Shown: positions 11,330-32,814 of the stretch, one piece after another
How the letters are laid out: the number at the start of each line of letters is the position of its first letter
Numbering within the stretch: position 1 is the stretch's first letter
Assembly: GCA_036785375.1 (NCBI GenBank)
Contig: JAWMAR010001700.1
Span: 62,001-126,000 of the forward strand
From: Leucoraja ocellata
Taxonomy: Eukaryota
Length of the DNA: 64,000 nt
Direction: 5' to 3'
Notes under the pieces: generated by a model
Databases searched by the model: none
Told to the model about the DNA's origin: nothing
What the model saw: only the letters and a program-made list of their open reading frames with translations
Made by a program: the position numbers and the translations under genes

Positions 11330-13600
11330 TACCTTCTCCCTAATATCAACACACACAATTGCCCCAGCAGACACCTTGTTTCTGCTTGCTCCTGTCACAT
11401 GGAAATTATTTCCACGTACCACAACTCCATCCTATCCCCCGGTCCAATCTCTCCCGACCTATGTCCAAGATATCTCACATGCCCTTCGTCTCTTTAATAA
11501 CTTCTGCTTTCTGAGCCCCCACTCCCTCATCTTTACATTGTACATTTAATCACGCATCCACCCCCCATCTGGAAGGCCTTAAAGCCTTTAGTTTCTTCTT
11601 CTACCACAGAACCATCTAATTTCCCGCTACTACCATTCTACTTCGCCTCGCGGAGCTGTTTCGCACCTTTAACAAATTCCCCTGTGACCTCTCCCACTTC
11701 CACCCGGGTATAGGCACCCGCATGGGCCCCAGTTATGCCTGCGTCTTTGTAGGGTACGTTGTACGATCCCTGTTCCAGGCGTACACTGGTCCTATTCCCA
11801 AACCCGATCTTTGTTACAATGATGACTGCAATGGTGCTACCACCTGCAGAACTCATGGACTTCGTCAACTTCACCACCAATTTTCTTCCTGCACTCAAAT
11901 TTACTTGGACCATCTCCGACATTTCCTTCCCCGTTCTTGATCTCACAGTCTACATCACAAGAAATATTGACTGACATCTACTATAAAGCTACTGACTCCC
12001 ACAGTTATCTTGACTACACTTCTTCCCACCCTACTTCTTGTAAAGACTCTATCCCCTGCTCCCAATTCATCTGTCTATGCATCATCTGTGCCCAGGATGA
12101 TATTTTCCACACCTCCACTCTTAGTCCCCCTCCCTCCTCTCGTAACAAGGACAGAGTCCCTCTTGTCCTCCCCTTCCACTCCATCCGCCGTTATGTACAA
12201 CATTTAATATTCCAACAATTTCGCCACACCCATAAGGATCCCACCACTGGCCATACCTTTCCATCTCCCCCCCTTTCTGCTTGCTGCAGAAAATGTTCCC
12301 TCCGTAATTCCTTGGTGAACCCGTCCCTTCCTATCGAAACCATCCCCTCCCTAGGTACTTTCCCCTGCAACAGCAGGACATGCAACACCTGTCCCTTCCT
12401 CCCTCCTTGACTCTACCCAAGGACCTAAACTGACTTTCCAGGTGAGGCAGCAGTTCACTTGCACCTCCTCAAACCTCATCTACTGCATCCGCTGTTCCAG
12501 GTGTCACATCGGTGAGGCCAAGCACAGGCTTAGTGATCGTTTCGCTAAACACCTCCGCTCAGTCCGTCTTAACTAAGCTGATGACCCGGTGGCACAGCAC
12601 TTCAACTCCCCCTCCCATTCCCAATCTGACCTTTCTGTCCTGGGCCTCCTCCACTGTCAGAGTGAGGCCCTTAGAAAATTGGAGGAACAGCACCTCATAT
12701 TTTGCTTGTGTAGTTTACACCCCAGCGGTATGAATGTTGACTTCTCTAAGGGGAGCCCTTGCCCGCTTTCTCCTTGCCATCCAACTTCCAAGTCCTCCCA
12801 CTAGTCCCACTGTCCCCGGCCACTTTATTTCGTAGTCCTACGCCCTCCCCTGACATCAGTCTGAAGAAGGGTCTCGACCCGAAACGTCGCCAATTCCTTC
12901 TCTCCATAGATGCTACCTCACCTGTTGAGTCTCTCCAGCATTTTGTGTCTACCAACAAGAAATAGACTATTGACTGATGTCTATTACAAACCCACTGACT
13001 CCCACAACTATTTTGACTACAACTCTTCCCACCCTGCTTCCTACAAAGACTCTATCCCCTACTTCCAATTCCTCCATTTACGCTGAATCTGCGCCCAAGT
13101 TGAGTTGTTCCATACCAGATCATCAGAAATGTCTTCATTTTTTTGGAATGGGGGATCCCCTCTCTCATCATAAATAAACCTCTCACTCATGACTCCTGGG
13201 TACCCCGCAGCTCTGCCCTTGCTCTCCCTCCCCTAGTCGCAACAAAGACAGAGTCCCCCTAGTCCTTACTTTCCGCCCCATCAGCCGTAGCATACAACAC
13301 ATAATCATCCAACATTTCTAACACTTCCAATGGGATCTCACCACTAGCCACATTTTCCCATCTCCACCCCTTCCCACCCAAACTACACCCTCCTGAGGTA
13401 CCTTCCCCTGCAACCGCAGACGATGTAACCCCTGTCGCTATATCTCCTCCCTTGTCTCTGATCAGGGACCCCCACAGTCCTTTCAGGTTAGGCGGAGGTT
13501 CACGTATCTCTTCCAACCTCATCTACTGTATCCATTGTTCAAGATTTTGGACTATTATTTATCGGTGAGACCAAACGCAGACTGGATGATTGGTTGTCAA
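11330..13600 (+). mobile_element. Penelope-like element fragments (RT and GIY-YIG), two tandem decayed copies
   Basis: MGPSYACVFVG, DIYYKATDSHSYLDY, IYCIRCSRC and IGETKRRL motifs. Confidence 0.85.
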
Positions 13601-13969
13601 GACTGAGTTTTCATGACTTTAACAAATCCATTGATATTCAGACTCTCTGTTTCATATTTTAATTATCTTTGTGTCCGTGAAAAGCTTTTGTTGATAAGCA
13701 AGGGCCAGTGGTGAATACAGAAAGGGAGAGAGAAGGTGGGTGTTAGGACTGGAGGGAAGGGAGTTACAGAGACTGGGAATTGGCCTGTAGGGGCTGGAGG
13801 GGAACAGGTTATGGGGAGGGTGCCAGAGGGGAGAGGGGGTTACAGAGGGAGATGTAGGGGCCCAGCGTGTGTGTGTGTGAGGACGGTGCACAGGGAACGT
13901 CATGCAGTGTGTGTGTCGGTTCCAAGGTATGTGTGTAATTCATATATATATATATATATTAATACATTA

Positions 13970-14332
13970 CTTTAGATCCAAACTTGTAACCCACTCCCAG
14001 GGATCTGATATTCTTTATATAAACCCATCCAAAATGCTTGGATTAGATCCCAGCCGGTCACCTACTCCTGGGGATCTGTTATTCTGTTTATAAACTCAAC
14101 CAAACACCTTGTTTAGATCTCAGCCTGTAACCCACTCAAAGGAATCCATTATTGTATATATAAGCCTCCCGTAGCCGTGATAATAGATCACAGCCTGCAG
14201 TGCAAGGATCTGTTATTTTTTATATATAAATACCATAAACCCTGGGTTAGATCCAAGATTGTAACCCACTGCCAGGGATCTGTTATTCTGTATATAACCC
14301 CTCCACCCTCGAACCTCTGTATTAGATCAGAG
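13970..14332 (+). repeat. Diverged tandem repeat, unit about 70 bp, 5-6 copies
   Basis: Recurrent ttagatcc...tgtaacccact...gggatctgttattct...tataaac. Confidence 0.85.
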
Positions 14333-14529
14333 CTTCAAAGGAAAATACACATTGTTATAATCTTCTTTTTATTTTTTGCAAGTAATATTCCACAAGAACT
14401 TTGATCGGTAATGCGTAATCTTTCATCTGTAATGCTAATTACTTCAAGTCCTGGGTTAGGGAGGGATGGAGGGGCTAACGAGGTAGAGACATGGCATGAT
14501 TTTCATTACCTGAATGTGACGTCACAGGC

Positions 14530-15640
14530 AAATAGGGAGTGTTGGCAAGCAGAGCGATCTAGAAGTAGAGGTACATGGTTCCCGGAAAGCGTTGTCACAG
14601 CTAGGCAGAGTGTGTTGTAGAGCAGCGGGATCTAGGAATGCAGGGACCTGTATGTAGTTCCCTGAAAGTGATGCCACAGGTAGATAGGGCCGTCAAGAAG
14701 GCTTTTAGTGCATTGGCCTTCATCAGTCAGGACACTGAATGTAAAAGTTGGGACATCACATAACATTTGTGCAAGATGTTTGGTGAGGCCGCACTTGGTG
14801 CATTGTGCACAGTTTTACTAATCCTATTATAGAAATTATGTCGTGAAGCTGGAAAGGACGCAGAGATTTACGAGGATTCGAGGAACCTGAATTACAGGGA
14901 GTGGTTGGGCAGACTAGGACTTTATTCTATGGAGCGCCGGAGGATCTGAGGTAATCTTACATAGAAACATAGAAAATAGGTGCAGGAGGAGGCTATTCGG
15001 CCCTTCGAGCCAGCACCACCATTCATTGTGATCATGGATGATCGTCCCTTATCAATAACCCGTGCCTGCCTTCTCCCCATAGCCCTTGACCACTAGCCCC
15101 GAGAGTTCTATCTAACTATCCCTTAAATCCATCCACTGACTTGGCCTCCACTGCCGTATGTGGCAGGGAATTCCATAAATTCACAACTCTCTGGGTGAAA
15201 ACGTTTTTTTTTCTCACCTCAGTCCTGAATGACCTCCCCTTTATTCTAAGACTGTGGCCCCTGGTTATGGGCCTTATAGATGAGTACAAGATCATGAGGG
15301 GAATAATTAGGGTGAATACACAGAGTCTTTTACCCGCTGAGTAGAGAAATCGAGAAGCAGACGACAGGTTTCAGATGAAGGTGGAGAGATTTAATAGGAG
15401 GGGCAACATTTTACACAGAGGATGGTGGGTATATGAAACCAGCTGCCGGATGAGGTAGTTGAGGCAGGTACTATCACAAATTTTAAGTAACTTTTGGACT
15501 TGTGCATGGATAGGAAATTCTGAGAGGGGTATGGGCCAAACGCAGGCAGGTGGGTCTAATGTAGATTTGCATGTTGGTCCGCATGGACAAATTGGGCCGA
15601 AGGGCCTGTTTCCGTGCTGTGTGACCCTCTAACTGTATAA
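14530..15640 (+). mobile_element. Old CR1 fragment with an inverted CR1 3' end inserted
   Basis: Degenerate RT C-terminus and CR1 3'UTR. Confidence 0.75.
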
Positions 15641-15949
15641 CTCTAGGTCAAAGATGAGGACCTCTTTTTTTCTCAGACCGGGATAAAATGGAAGAGTTTA
15701 CCCATCAAAGGCATGGCGAACAAACAAACTGCAAATTAGTCCCCAGAGGGAGTATTTGGTATCATTTTTATCCACGATTGGCAACATAGCCCTTGATGCC
15801 GTGCCACAGGCCAGGGAGTGGAGGGGGTGTGGGTGGGAAAGGAGAGAGGGAAGGGGAGGGGAGCCAAGAGGGAGGTGAGGTGAAATGAGGGAAGAAAGAA
15901 GAGAGGAAGGGAAGGGGGGAGGGGAGAAGATATGAGTGAGAATGAGGAC

Positions 15950-17760
15950 ATCTTGGATTAGAACTTACCACCCTGCTTCCTGCAAAGACACTACCCTTAC
16001 TCCCAATTCCTCCATCTATGCTGCATCTGTGCCACGGATGAGGTGTTCCATACCAGGACACCCGAGATGTCCTCATTCTTTACGGAACAGGGGTTTCCCT
16101 CTTCCATCAGGGATGAGGCCCTCACATGTGTGTCCTCGGTACCCCGCAGCTCTGCTCTTGCTCCCCCATTCCCCCAGACGCATCAGGAACAGAGTCCCCT
16201 TAGTCCTAACGTTTCACCCCATCTGCCATCATGGAAACATAGAAAATAGGTGCAGGAGGAGGCCATTCGGCCCTTTGAGCCAGCACCGCCATTCACTGTG
16301 ATCATGGCTGATTGTCCCCTATCAATAACCTGTGCCTGCCTTCTCCCCATATACCTTGACTCCACTAGCCCCTAGAGCTCTATCTAACTTTCTCTTGAAT
16401 CCATCCAGTGACTTGGCCTCCACTGCCCTCTGTGGGAGGGAATTCTATACATTCACAACTCTCTGGGTGAAAGAGTTTTTTTCTCACTTCAGTCTTAAAT
16501 GACCTCCCCTTTGTTCTAAGACTGTGGCCCCTGGTACTGGACGCCCAACATTGGGAACATTTTCCTGCATCTAGCTTGTCCAGTCCTTTTATAATTTGAT
16601 ATGTTTCTATAAGAACCTCCACATCCTTCTAATCACCAGTGAATAAAAGCCTAGTCTTTTCAATCTTTCCTCATATGACAGTCCCGCCATCCCAGGGATC
16701 AATCTCGTGAACCTATGCTGCACTGCTTCAATCACAAGGATGCCCTTCCTCAAATTATGTGACCAAAACTGTTCACAATACTCCAGATGTGGTCTCACCA
16801 GAGCCCTATACAACTGCAGAAGAACTTCCTTATTCCTATACTGCCTGCTGTACCTGTAAGCCAATTTTCCATGACCGGTGTACAAGGACGCCCAGGTCTC
16901 GCTGCACCTCCTCCTTACCTAATATAACCCCATTGAGATAATAATCTGCCCCTTTGCTTTTGCCGCCAATGTGGATAACCTCACATTTATCTATATTATA
17001 CTGCATCTGCCCACTCACTCAACCTGTCAAGGTCATCCTGCAACCTCCTAACATCCTCTTCACCACTCACACTGCCAGCCAGCTTTGTGTCATCCGCAAA
17101 CTTGCTAGTGGTGCTCCTAATTCCCTCTTCCAAATCAATAAAATATATGGTAAACAGTTGTGGCCCCAACATCAAGCCTGGCAGCACTCCACTCGCCACT
17201 GCCTGCCATTCTGAAAAGGACCCGTTCACTGCTACGCTTTGCTTCTGGTCTGCCAACCAATTTTCTATCCATTTCAACACCCTACCCCCAATACCAAGTG
17301 CTTTAATTGTGTGGTCATATCCCACATATAATCCTCCAACATTTTCGCCACCTCCAACAGGACCCCACATCTTCCCATCTCCACTCATTTCACAGAGACC
17401 ATTCCCTCCGCAGCTCCCGGGTTAACTCATCTGTTCCCATCCAAACTACCCCCTCCCCGTGTACCTTCCCGTGCAATCACAGGAGATGAAACACTTGTCC
17501 CTATTCCTCCTCTCTCAACCCTCACAGTCCTCCCAGGTTTGGCACTGGTTCACTTGCACCTCCTCCAACCTCATCTACTGTATCTGCTGTTCAAGACGTG
17601 GACTAACACCGGCAAGACCAAACCTAGACTGGGCGATCATTTCGTTGAGCACTTAAGCTCAGTCCTCCTGGACCTACCTGATCTCTCATATTTTGCTTGG
17701 GTAGCTTACAACCCAGTGGTATAAAAATGGATTCAATTTCAAGTAACAACTGCATTCCCT
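15950..17760 (+). mobile_element. Penelope-like fragment split by a minus-strand CR1 (about 16231..17308)
   Basis: The PLE reading (RNRVPLVLTFHP...) resumes after the CR1, which carries KFADD. Confidence 0.8.
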
Positions 17761-17816
17761 CTCTCTCCATCCCTTCCCCACGCAAGTCGTACCTGCTCTC
17801 GTACAGCTAACAATGG

Positions 17817-19088
17817 TAGGTCTGGAAGGTCATGTTTGACTAATCTTTTTGAATTTTTTGAAGAGGTTACTCGGGAAATTGATGAGGGTAAAGCAGTGGA
17901 TGTTGTATATATGGACTTCAGTTAGGCCTTTGACAAGTTTCCTCACGGAAGGTTGGTTAAGAAGGTTCAATGGTTGGGTATTAATGGTGGAGTAGCAAGA
18001 TGGATTCAACAGTGGCTGAATGGGAGATGCCAGAGAGTAATGGTGGATGGTTGTTTGTCAGGTTGGAGGCCAGTGACTACTGGGGTGCCACAAGGATCCG
18101 TGTTGGATCCACTGTTGTTTGTCATGCACATTAATGATCTGGATGATGGTGTGGTAAATTGGATTAGTAAGTATGCAGATGATACTAAGATAGATGGGGT
18201 TGTGGATAATGAAGTAGATTTTCAAAGTTTACAGATAGATTTATGCCAGTTGGAAGAGTGGGCTGAAAGATGGCAGATGGAGTTTAATGCTGATAAGTGT
18301 AAGGTGCTACATCTTGGCAGGACAAATCAAAATAGGACGTACATGGTAAATGGTAGGGAATTGAAGAATGCAGGTGAACAGAGGGATCTGGGAATAACTG
18401 TGCACAGTTCCCTGAAAGTGGAATCTCATGTAGATAGGGTAGTAAAGAAAGCTTTTGGTGTGCTGGCCTTTATAAATCAGAGCATTGAGTATAGAAGTTG
18501 GGATGTAATGTTAAAATTGTACAAGGCATTGGTGAGGCCAATTTTGGAGTAGGGTGTACAATTTTGGTCGCCTAATTATAGGAAGGATATCAACAAAATA
18601 GAGAGAGTACAGAGGAGATTTACTAGAATGTTATCTGGGTTTCAGCAACTAAGTTACACAGAAAGGTTGAACAAGTTAGGGCTTTATTCTCTGGAGCGCA
18701 GAAGGTTAAGGGGGGACTTCATAGAGGTCTTTAAAATGATGAGAGGGATAGACAGAGTTGACGTGGATAAGCTTTTCCCACTGAGAGTAGGGAAGATTCA
18801 AACAAGGGAACATGACTTGAGAATTAAGGGACAGAAGTTTAGGGGTAACATGAGGGGGCACTTCTTTACTCAGAGAGTTGTGGCTGTGTGGAATGAGCTT
18901 CAAGTGAAGGTGGTGGAGGCAGGTTCGTTTTTATCATTTAAAAATAAATTGGATAGTTATATGGACAGGAAAGGAATGGAGGGTTATGGTCTGAACGCAG
19001 GTGTATGGGACTAGGGGAGAATATGTGTTCGGCACGGACTAGAAGGGTCACGATGGCCTGTTTCCGTGCTGTAATTGTTATATGGTTT
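17817..19088 (+). mobile_element. CR1 LINE, 5'-truncated, young
   Basis: Long RT ORFs (YMDFS, GVPQGS, KYADD). Confidence 0.92.
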
Positions 19089-19279
19089 AATGGCCTGTTT
19101 CTTTCACTATTTTCCATATATTTCATTAAATTGTTCTATATTTCAACATCATATGTCTTCCTTTTCCCCTGACTCTCAGTCTGAAGAAGGGTCTCGAGCC
19201 AAAACTTTGCCAATTCCTTCTCTCCAGAGATGCTGCCTGCTCCGCTGAGTTACTCCAGCATTTTATGTCTATCTTTAGT

Positions 19280-20420
19280 TTGTGCGATGGTCTGGACTGC
19301 GTTAACAAATCACTGCAATGTTCTGCGATTTTGAATGAAGCTGTTCCCAAACCAAGTTGTGATGAATCCTGATCAAATGCTTTCTATGGTGTATCTGTAG
19401 AAGTTGGTGATAGTTGTAGGGGACATGCCAAACTTCCTTTGCCTTCTAAGGAAGTAGAGGCATTGGAGTGCTTGCTTGGTCAATATGGGTGGTCTAGGAG
19501 AAGTCGTTGGTGATATTGACTCCGAGGAATTTGATGTTTTCAACCATCTCTACTTTTGGCACCGTCAATACAAACTGGGGTTGCGTCCTGAAGTCAAACA
19601 CTACCTCCTTTATCGTGCTGACATTGAAAGAATGGTTGTCATCTCAACACCAGGACACAAGGTTCTCAATCTCTGACACATCATTATTTGTTATCTGATC
19701 CAAAATGGTGGCATCGTCTGCGAATTTGAATATTGAATTAGATTTGTCCATGGCTGCAGAGTCGTGGGTGTACAAGGAGTAAAGAAGGGGGCTGTGAACG
19801 CATCCTTGCAGAGCCCCCGTGTTGAGGATGATTTGTTACCTATCCTCGCTGATTGTGATCTGTTGGTCAGAAAGTTGAAGGTCCAGTTGCAGGGATGAAG
19901 GCTGACACCAAGTCCCGTGCGTTTGATGATGAGCTTGGATGGTATAATGGTATTAACGACAGAGTTGTAGACGATGAATAGGAGTCTGATGCAGGTGTCA
20001 CTCTTATCCAGATGTTACATGTGTGAGTGTAAGGCCAGGGCGATGGCATCGGCCGTGGACCTGTTGTGGCAGTAGGCAAACTGCAGTGGGTGAAGGCAGC
20101 TGGGGAGGCCGCATTTAATGCCTTCCATTGTTAACCTCTCAATACATTTCATGATGTTGGATGCCAAAGCCACTGGACGGTAGTCGTTTAGGCATGAGGT
20201 CTTGCTGTTCTTTGTCACTAGGATGATGGTGGTCCACTTGAAGCTGGTGGGTACCTCAGAACGGTGTAGGGACAGATCAAAGATGTCCACGAAATACTCT
20301 CGCTAGCTGTTCCATGCAGCTACTGGGGACACGAGGCGGAACTCCATCAGGACCAATGACTTGGTGTGGGTTTACTGTCAAGATGGCCGATCTAACTTCT
20401 GCTACCATCACCCTGGGGAC
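19280..20420 (-). mobile_element. Rex1/Babar-type LINE fragment
   Basis: [21 protein letters not shown] and PLQFAY motifs. Confidence 0.8.
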
Positions 20421-20543
20421 GTAAGGGGAGGGTAGGAGAGAGGCAAGGGGAGGAGGAAAGAGGAGGCAAGGGCAGAGGAAGGGAAGAAGTAGGAGGGAAA
20501 TTAAGGAAAGAGGAGGGGAGGGAAGGAGAGATCAAGTCGAAGG

Positions 20544-29200
<8,657 letters not shown>

Positions 29201-29989
29201 TGCTTGAGGAAGGGCGATCACTGCCTCTGTCGATGTAGATGCTGTCGTCTGGTCTCATCAGTGAAATTCTTTGCAGGAGGTACATCAAATAGGTACAGAG
29301 CTAAATTCTTCATTGTGAACGCCCACACACCCCTCACTTGTATCGCCCAGTAGGGGGAAGGGGGAGTTTACCCTGCGCACAGTCACGTCACCCACAACTT
29401 CCTCCTTCTGCACCATTCCATCACACACTCGCACAGTCCCATCACATAGTCCACCTGTCCTGTACTATCCTGTCCAACATTCCACTCTTCGCACTATCCC
29501 ATCACACATTCTATCCATCCGCATCGGTTATTTTTTTAACCAAAAATAAATGTGACCAATGATTTACAATAATATGTACAACACGAAAAAATATTCGTCG
29601 AGGACATCTTCCAGCTCTACCCTCTCCCCTACGCACAGGGTGTCCAAGGATGAGGATGGTGGGTGTGAAGTGCAGCCAGAAGGCAAGGAAGCAGCCCCTT
29701 TCAATATTGGAATAGAGGCTCAACTCACACTCTCCTTACATACGTGGAACACTGACTCATCCAGCCCACAAAAGTGGCAACACCATTGTGATCTTTGGTC
29801 ATCCGGCACGGAGTGGGGGGGGTGGGGGGGGGGGGGGGGGAGGAGTGTTGATCGGGACAGTGGAATCTCCCTGTCGTTTTTATTCCTGGGCCACCCGCGG
29901 GTCCAGGCAGCGGGCACTGGAGTGTTCTGCCACAGTCGACTGCCTGTCCCTCTCCATCCGGGCCTACATCCGTGCCCATGTGTCCATGG

Positions 29990-30747
29990 AAAGCATTATT
30001 ATCTGAATGGTGGCTGATTAGGAAAAGGGGAGATGCAACGAGACCTGGGTGTCATGGTACACCAGTCATTGAAAGTAGGCATGCAGGTGCAGCAGGCAGT
30101 GAAGAAAGCAAATGGTATGTTAGCATTCATAGCAAGAGGATTTGAGTATCGGAGCAGGGAGGTTCTACTGCAGTTGTACAGGGTCTTGGTGAGACCACAC
30201 CTGGAGTGTTGCGTACAGTTTTGGTCTCCTAATCTGAGGAAAGACATTCTTGCCATAGAGGGAGTAAAGAGAAGGTTCACCAGACTGATTCCTGGGGTGT
30301 CAGGACTTTCATATGAAGAAAGATTGGATGGACTCGGCTGTACTCGCTAGAATTTAGAAGATTGAGGGGGATCTTATAGAAACTTACAAAATTCTTAAGG
30401 GGTATTACAGGCTAGATGCAGGAAGATTGATCCCAATGTTGGGGAAGTCCAGAACAAGGGGTCACAGTTTAAGGATAAGGGGAAGTCTTTTAGGACCGAG
30501 ATGAGAAAAACATTTTTCACACAGAGACTGGTGAACCTGTGGAATTCTCTGCCACGGAAGGTAGTTGAGGCCAGTTCATTGGCTATATTTAAGAGGGAGT
30601 TCAATGTGGCCCTTGTGAATAAAGGAATATGGAGAGAAGGCCGGTACAGGATACCGAGTTGGATGATCAGCCATGATCATATTGAATGGTGGTGCAGGCT
30701 CGAAGGGCCGAATGGCCTACTCCTGCACCTATTTTCTATGTTTCTAT
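29990..30747 (+). mobile_element. CR1 3' fragment
   Basis: RT C-terminus and tttctatg tail. Confidence 0.9.
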
Positions 30748-31029
30748 GAGAGGGAGCACGCAATGTCTATAGGGACTCTTGAAGCCTTCCATCAACGCTG
30801 GTCGCTGCGGGGGGTCGAGTATTGTCGCTAAGGTTGACAACATTTTAATTTGATAACTTTGACGGGATCTTGATTTTGTTTAGTGCTCTGTATTTGTGTT
30901 TAAATGAATACAAGCTCCTTGTTAGTTGGAAAAAATATGAAGCTCCTGCCCACAGTCCCATTACACACACACAAACTTTATTAACCAAAAATAAAATATA
31001 TTATTTACAAATTATAAGTACAATACAAT

Positions 31030-31229
31030 NNNNNNNNNNNNNNNNNNNNNNNNNNNNNNNNNNNNNNNNNNNNNNNNNNNNNNNNNNNNNNNNNNNNNNN
31101 NNNNNNNNNNNNNNNNNNNNNNNNNNNNNNNNNNNNNNNNNNNNNNNNNNNNNNNNNNNNNNNNNNNNNNNNNNNNNNNNNNNNNNNNNNNNNNNNNNNN
31201 NNNNNNNNNNNNNNNNNNNNNNNNNNNNN
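31030..31229. other. Assembly gap (200 N)
   Basis: Run of N. Confidence 1.
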
Positions 31230-32814
31230 ACACTGGTGGAAGCATCTCCACCAATACTCTGTCACGACCCTGAAGGATCTTTTTTCTAAGTAAATTCACC
31301 CTTCATTTTCCCAATCTCAAAATTCTGACCTTGATTCTCTCACTCCTTGTTATAGAACAACCTGCTCCTCCCAGGGAATATCATTTTTCAATTGACCCTG
31401 CATCCCAGTGTATCCATTCTTCAGTACAGGTGCAACTGTGTCCAGTACTCACCATATCCCTGCACAACTGTATATACTCCCTATTTCTAACTTCAACCCT
31501 CTTGCAGTAATACCATTTCCCTCCACACCACTTGCTGCACCTACCCTATGCAATGAGAACACAAGAATACCTTGTTCCCTCTGTACTTTGCCCCCAGCCA
31601 AGATGCATCCTTATACTCTGCCCTCTCCTCCAAGTAATTAATATAGACAGTTAATAATTGAGGGCCCAGTCCAACAAAAATGGGTTAGCTAATGTTAAAT
31701 TAAGTTATAACATGACTGACAATTGTTACAACATGTGACATGTATTGCCACTTTCAGGAAAGAATTGCCCCTCTGTTTATCGACTCTCCCTGAGGCCCTA
31801 CCATTTAGTCTGACACTATTACACCTTCCAAATTGCATCAAGAGAGAATTCAAGAGAGTTTATTGTCATGTGTCCCTGATAGTACAATGTAATTCTTGCT
31901 TTGTTTTAGCTCACCAGAACATAGTGGGCACGAATACAAAACAGATCAGTGTGTCCATTTACCATTGAATAAAAATATACACACATGAATAAATCTATAT
32001 TACTAAAACTCTGATCTTGACCACTTTTGGCCCACTGTGCTGCGATTTCTGACAGAAACCCGCCACCTACGGCTGTCATTTTTGGCCACCTCCCTCACTG
32101 CCCCCCTCCGCCATACGGGTGCAGAGGATATTTCCCATCGATGACAAATCAGAGAGATATTAATGTTTTTAAAAATCACCATTGTCTCTGCTGCCACTAC
32201 TGCAGGGAGGGGGAGGGACCATAAAAACCAGGAAGTGGTGTGACTCACTCAGTCTCTGCAAGATGGATGAAGCCAAGCGTAACGTCTCTCTGAGCTCTGA
32301 ATAACACTGAACAAATGCCTACACAACTGTGAGTCCCCTTAATGTGGTTTGAAAATGAAAATGTGGTTTGTTTGAAATGGGCGGCGCGACTCACGTCGCA
32401 GCGGCCTCTGCAGTCCGTCTGTCTTTTTATTATTTTTTGTCTTGTTTCAATGTAGTTTTTATTTTTTTTGGCGGGGTATGTGTGTGTGGGGGCGGGGGAT
32501 GGGGAAATTTTTTAAATCTTTCCCCTGCACTGAGAACCCGACCTTTTCCTTGTCGTGTCTCCATTGTCGTTGGGGCTGAGCAACGTGGAGCGGCCTCCAG
32601 CAGGAACGACCTAGGGCTCCAGTCGCGGAACTGCTAACCTACTCACCATCTGGCTGAGTTCGGAGCGGGAGGACCGGTGGTGGCGCGCTGCTGCAACCGG
32701 ACCCCCGGAGATTCGGAGGCTTACCGTAGGTCTGGTGGACATACTACCGGGAGCCGCAGGTCCCTGCTGGGAGACCGCTTTTCGGGGCTTCCGCAATGGC
32801 GACTTCACCCGCCC

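Noticed and set aside
30870-31299. ORFs spanning N runs (also 62362-62935)
   Set aside because: Gap artefacts.
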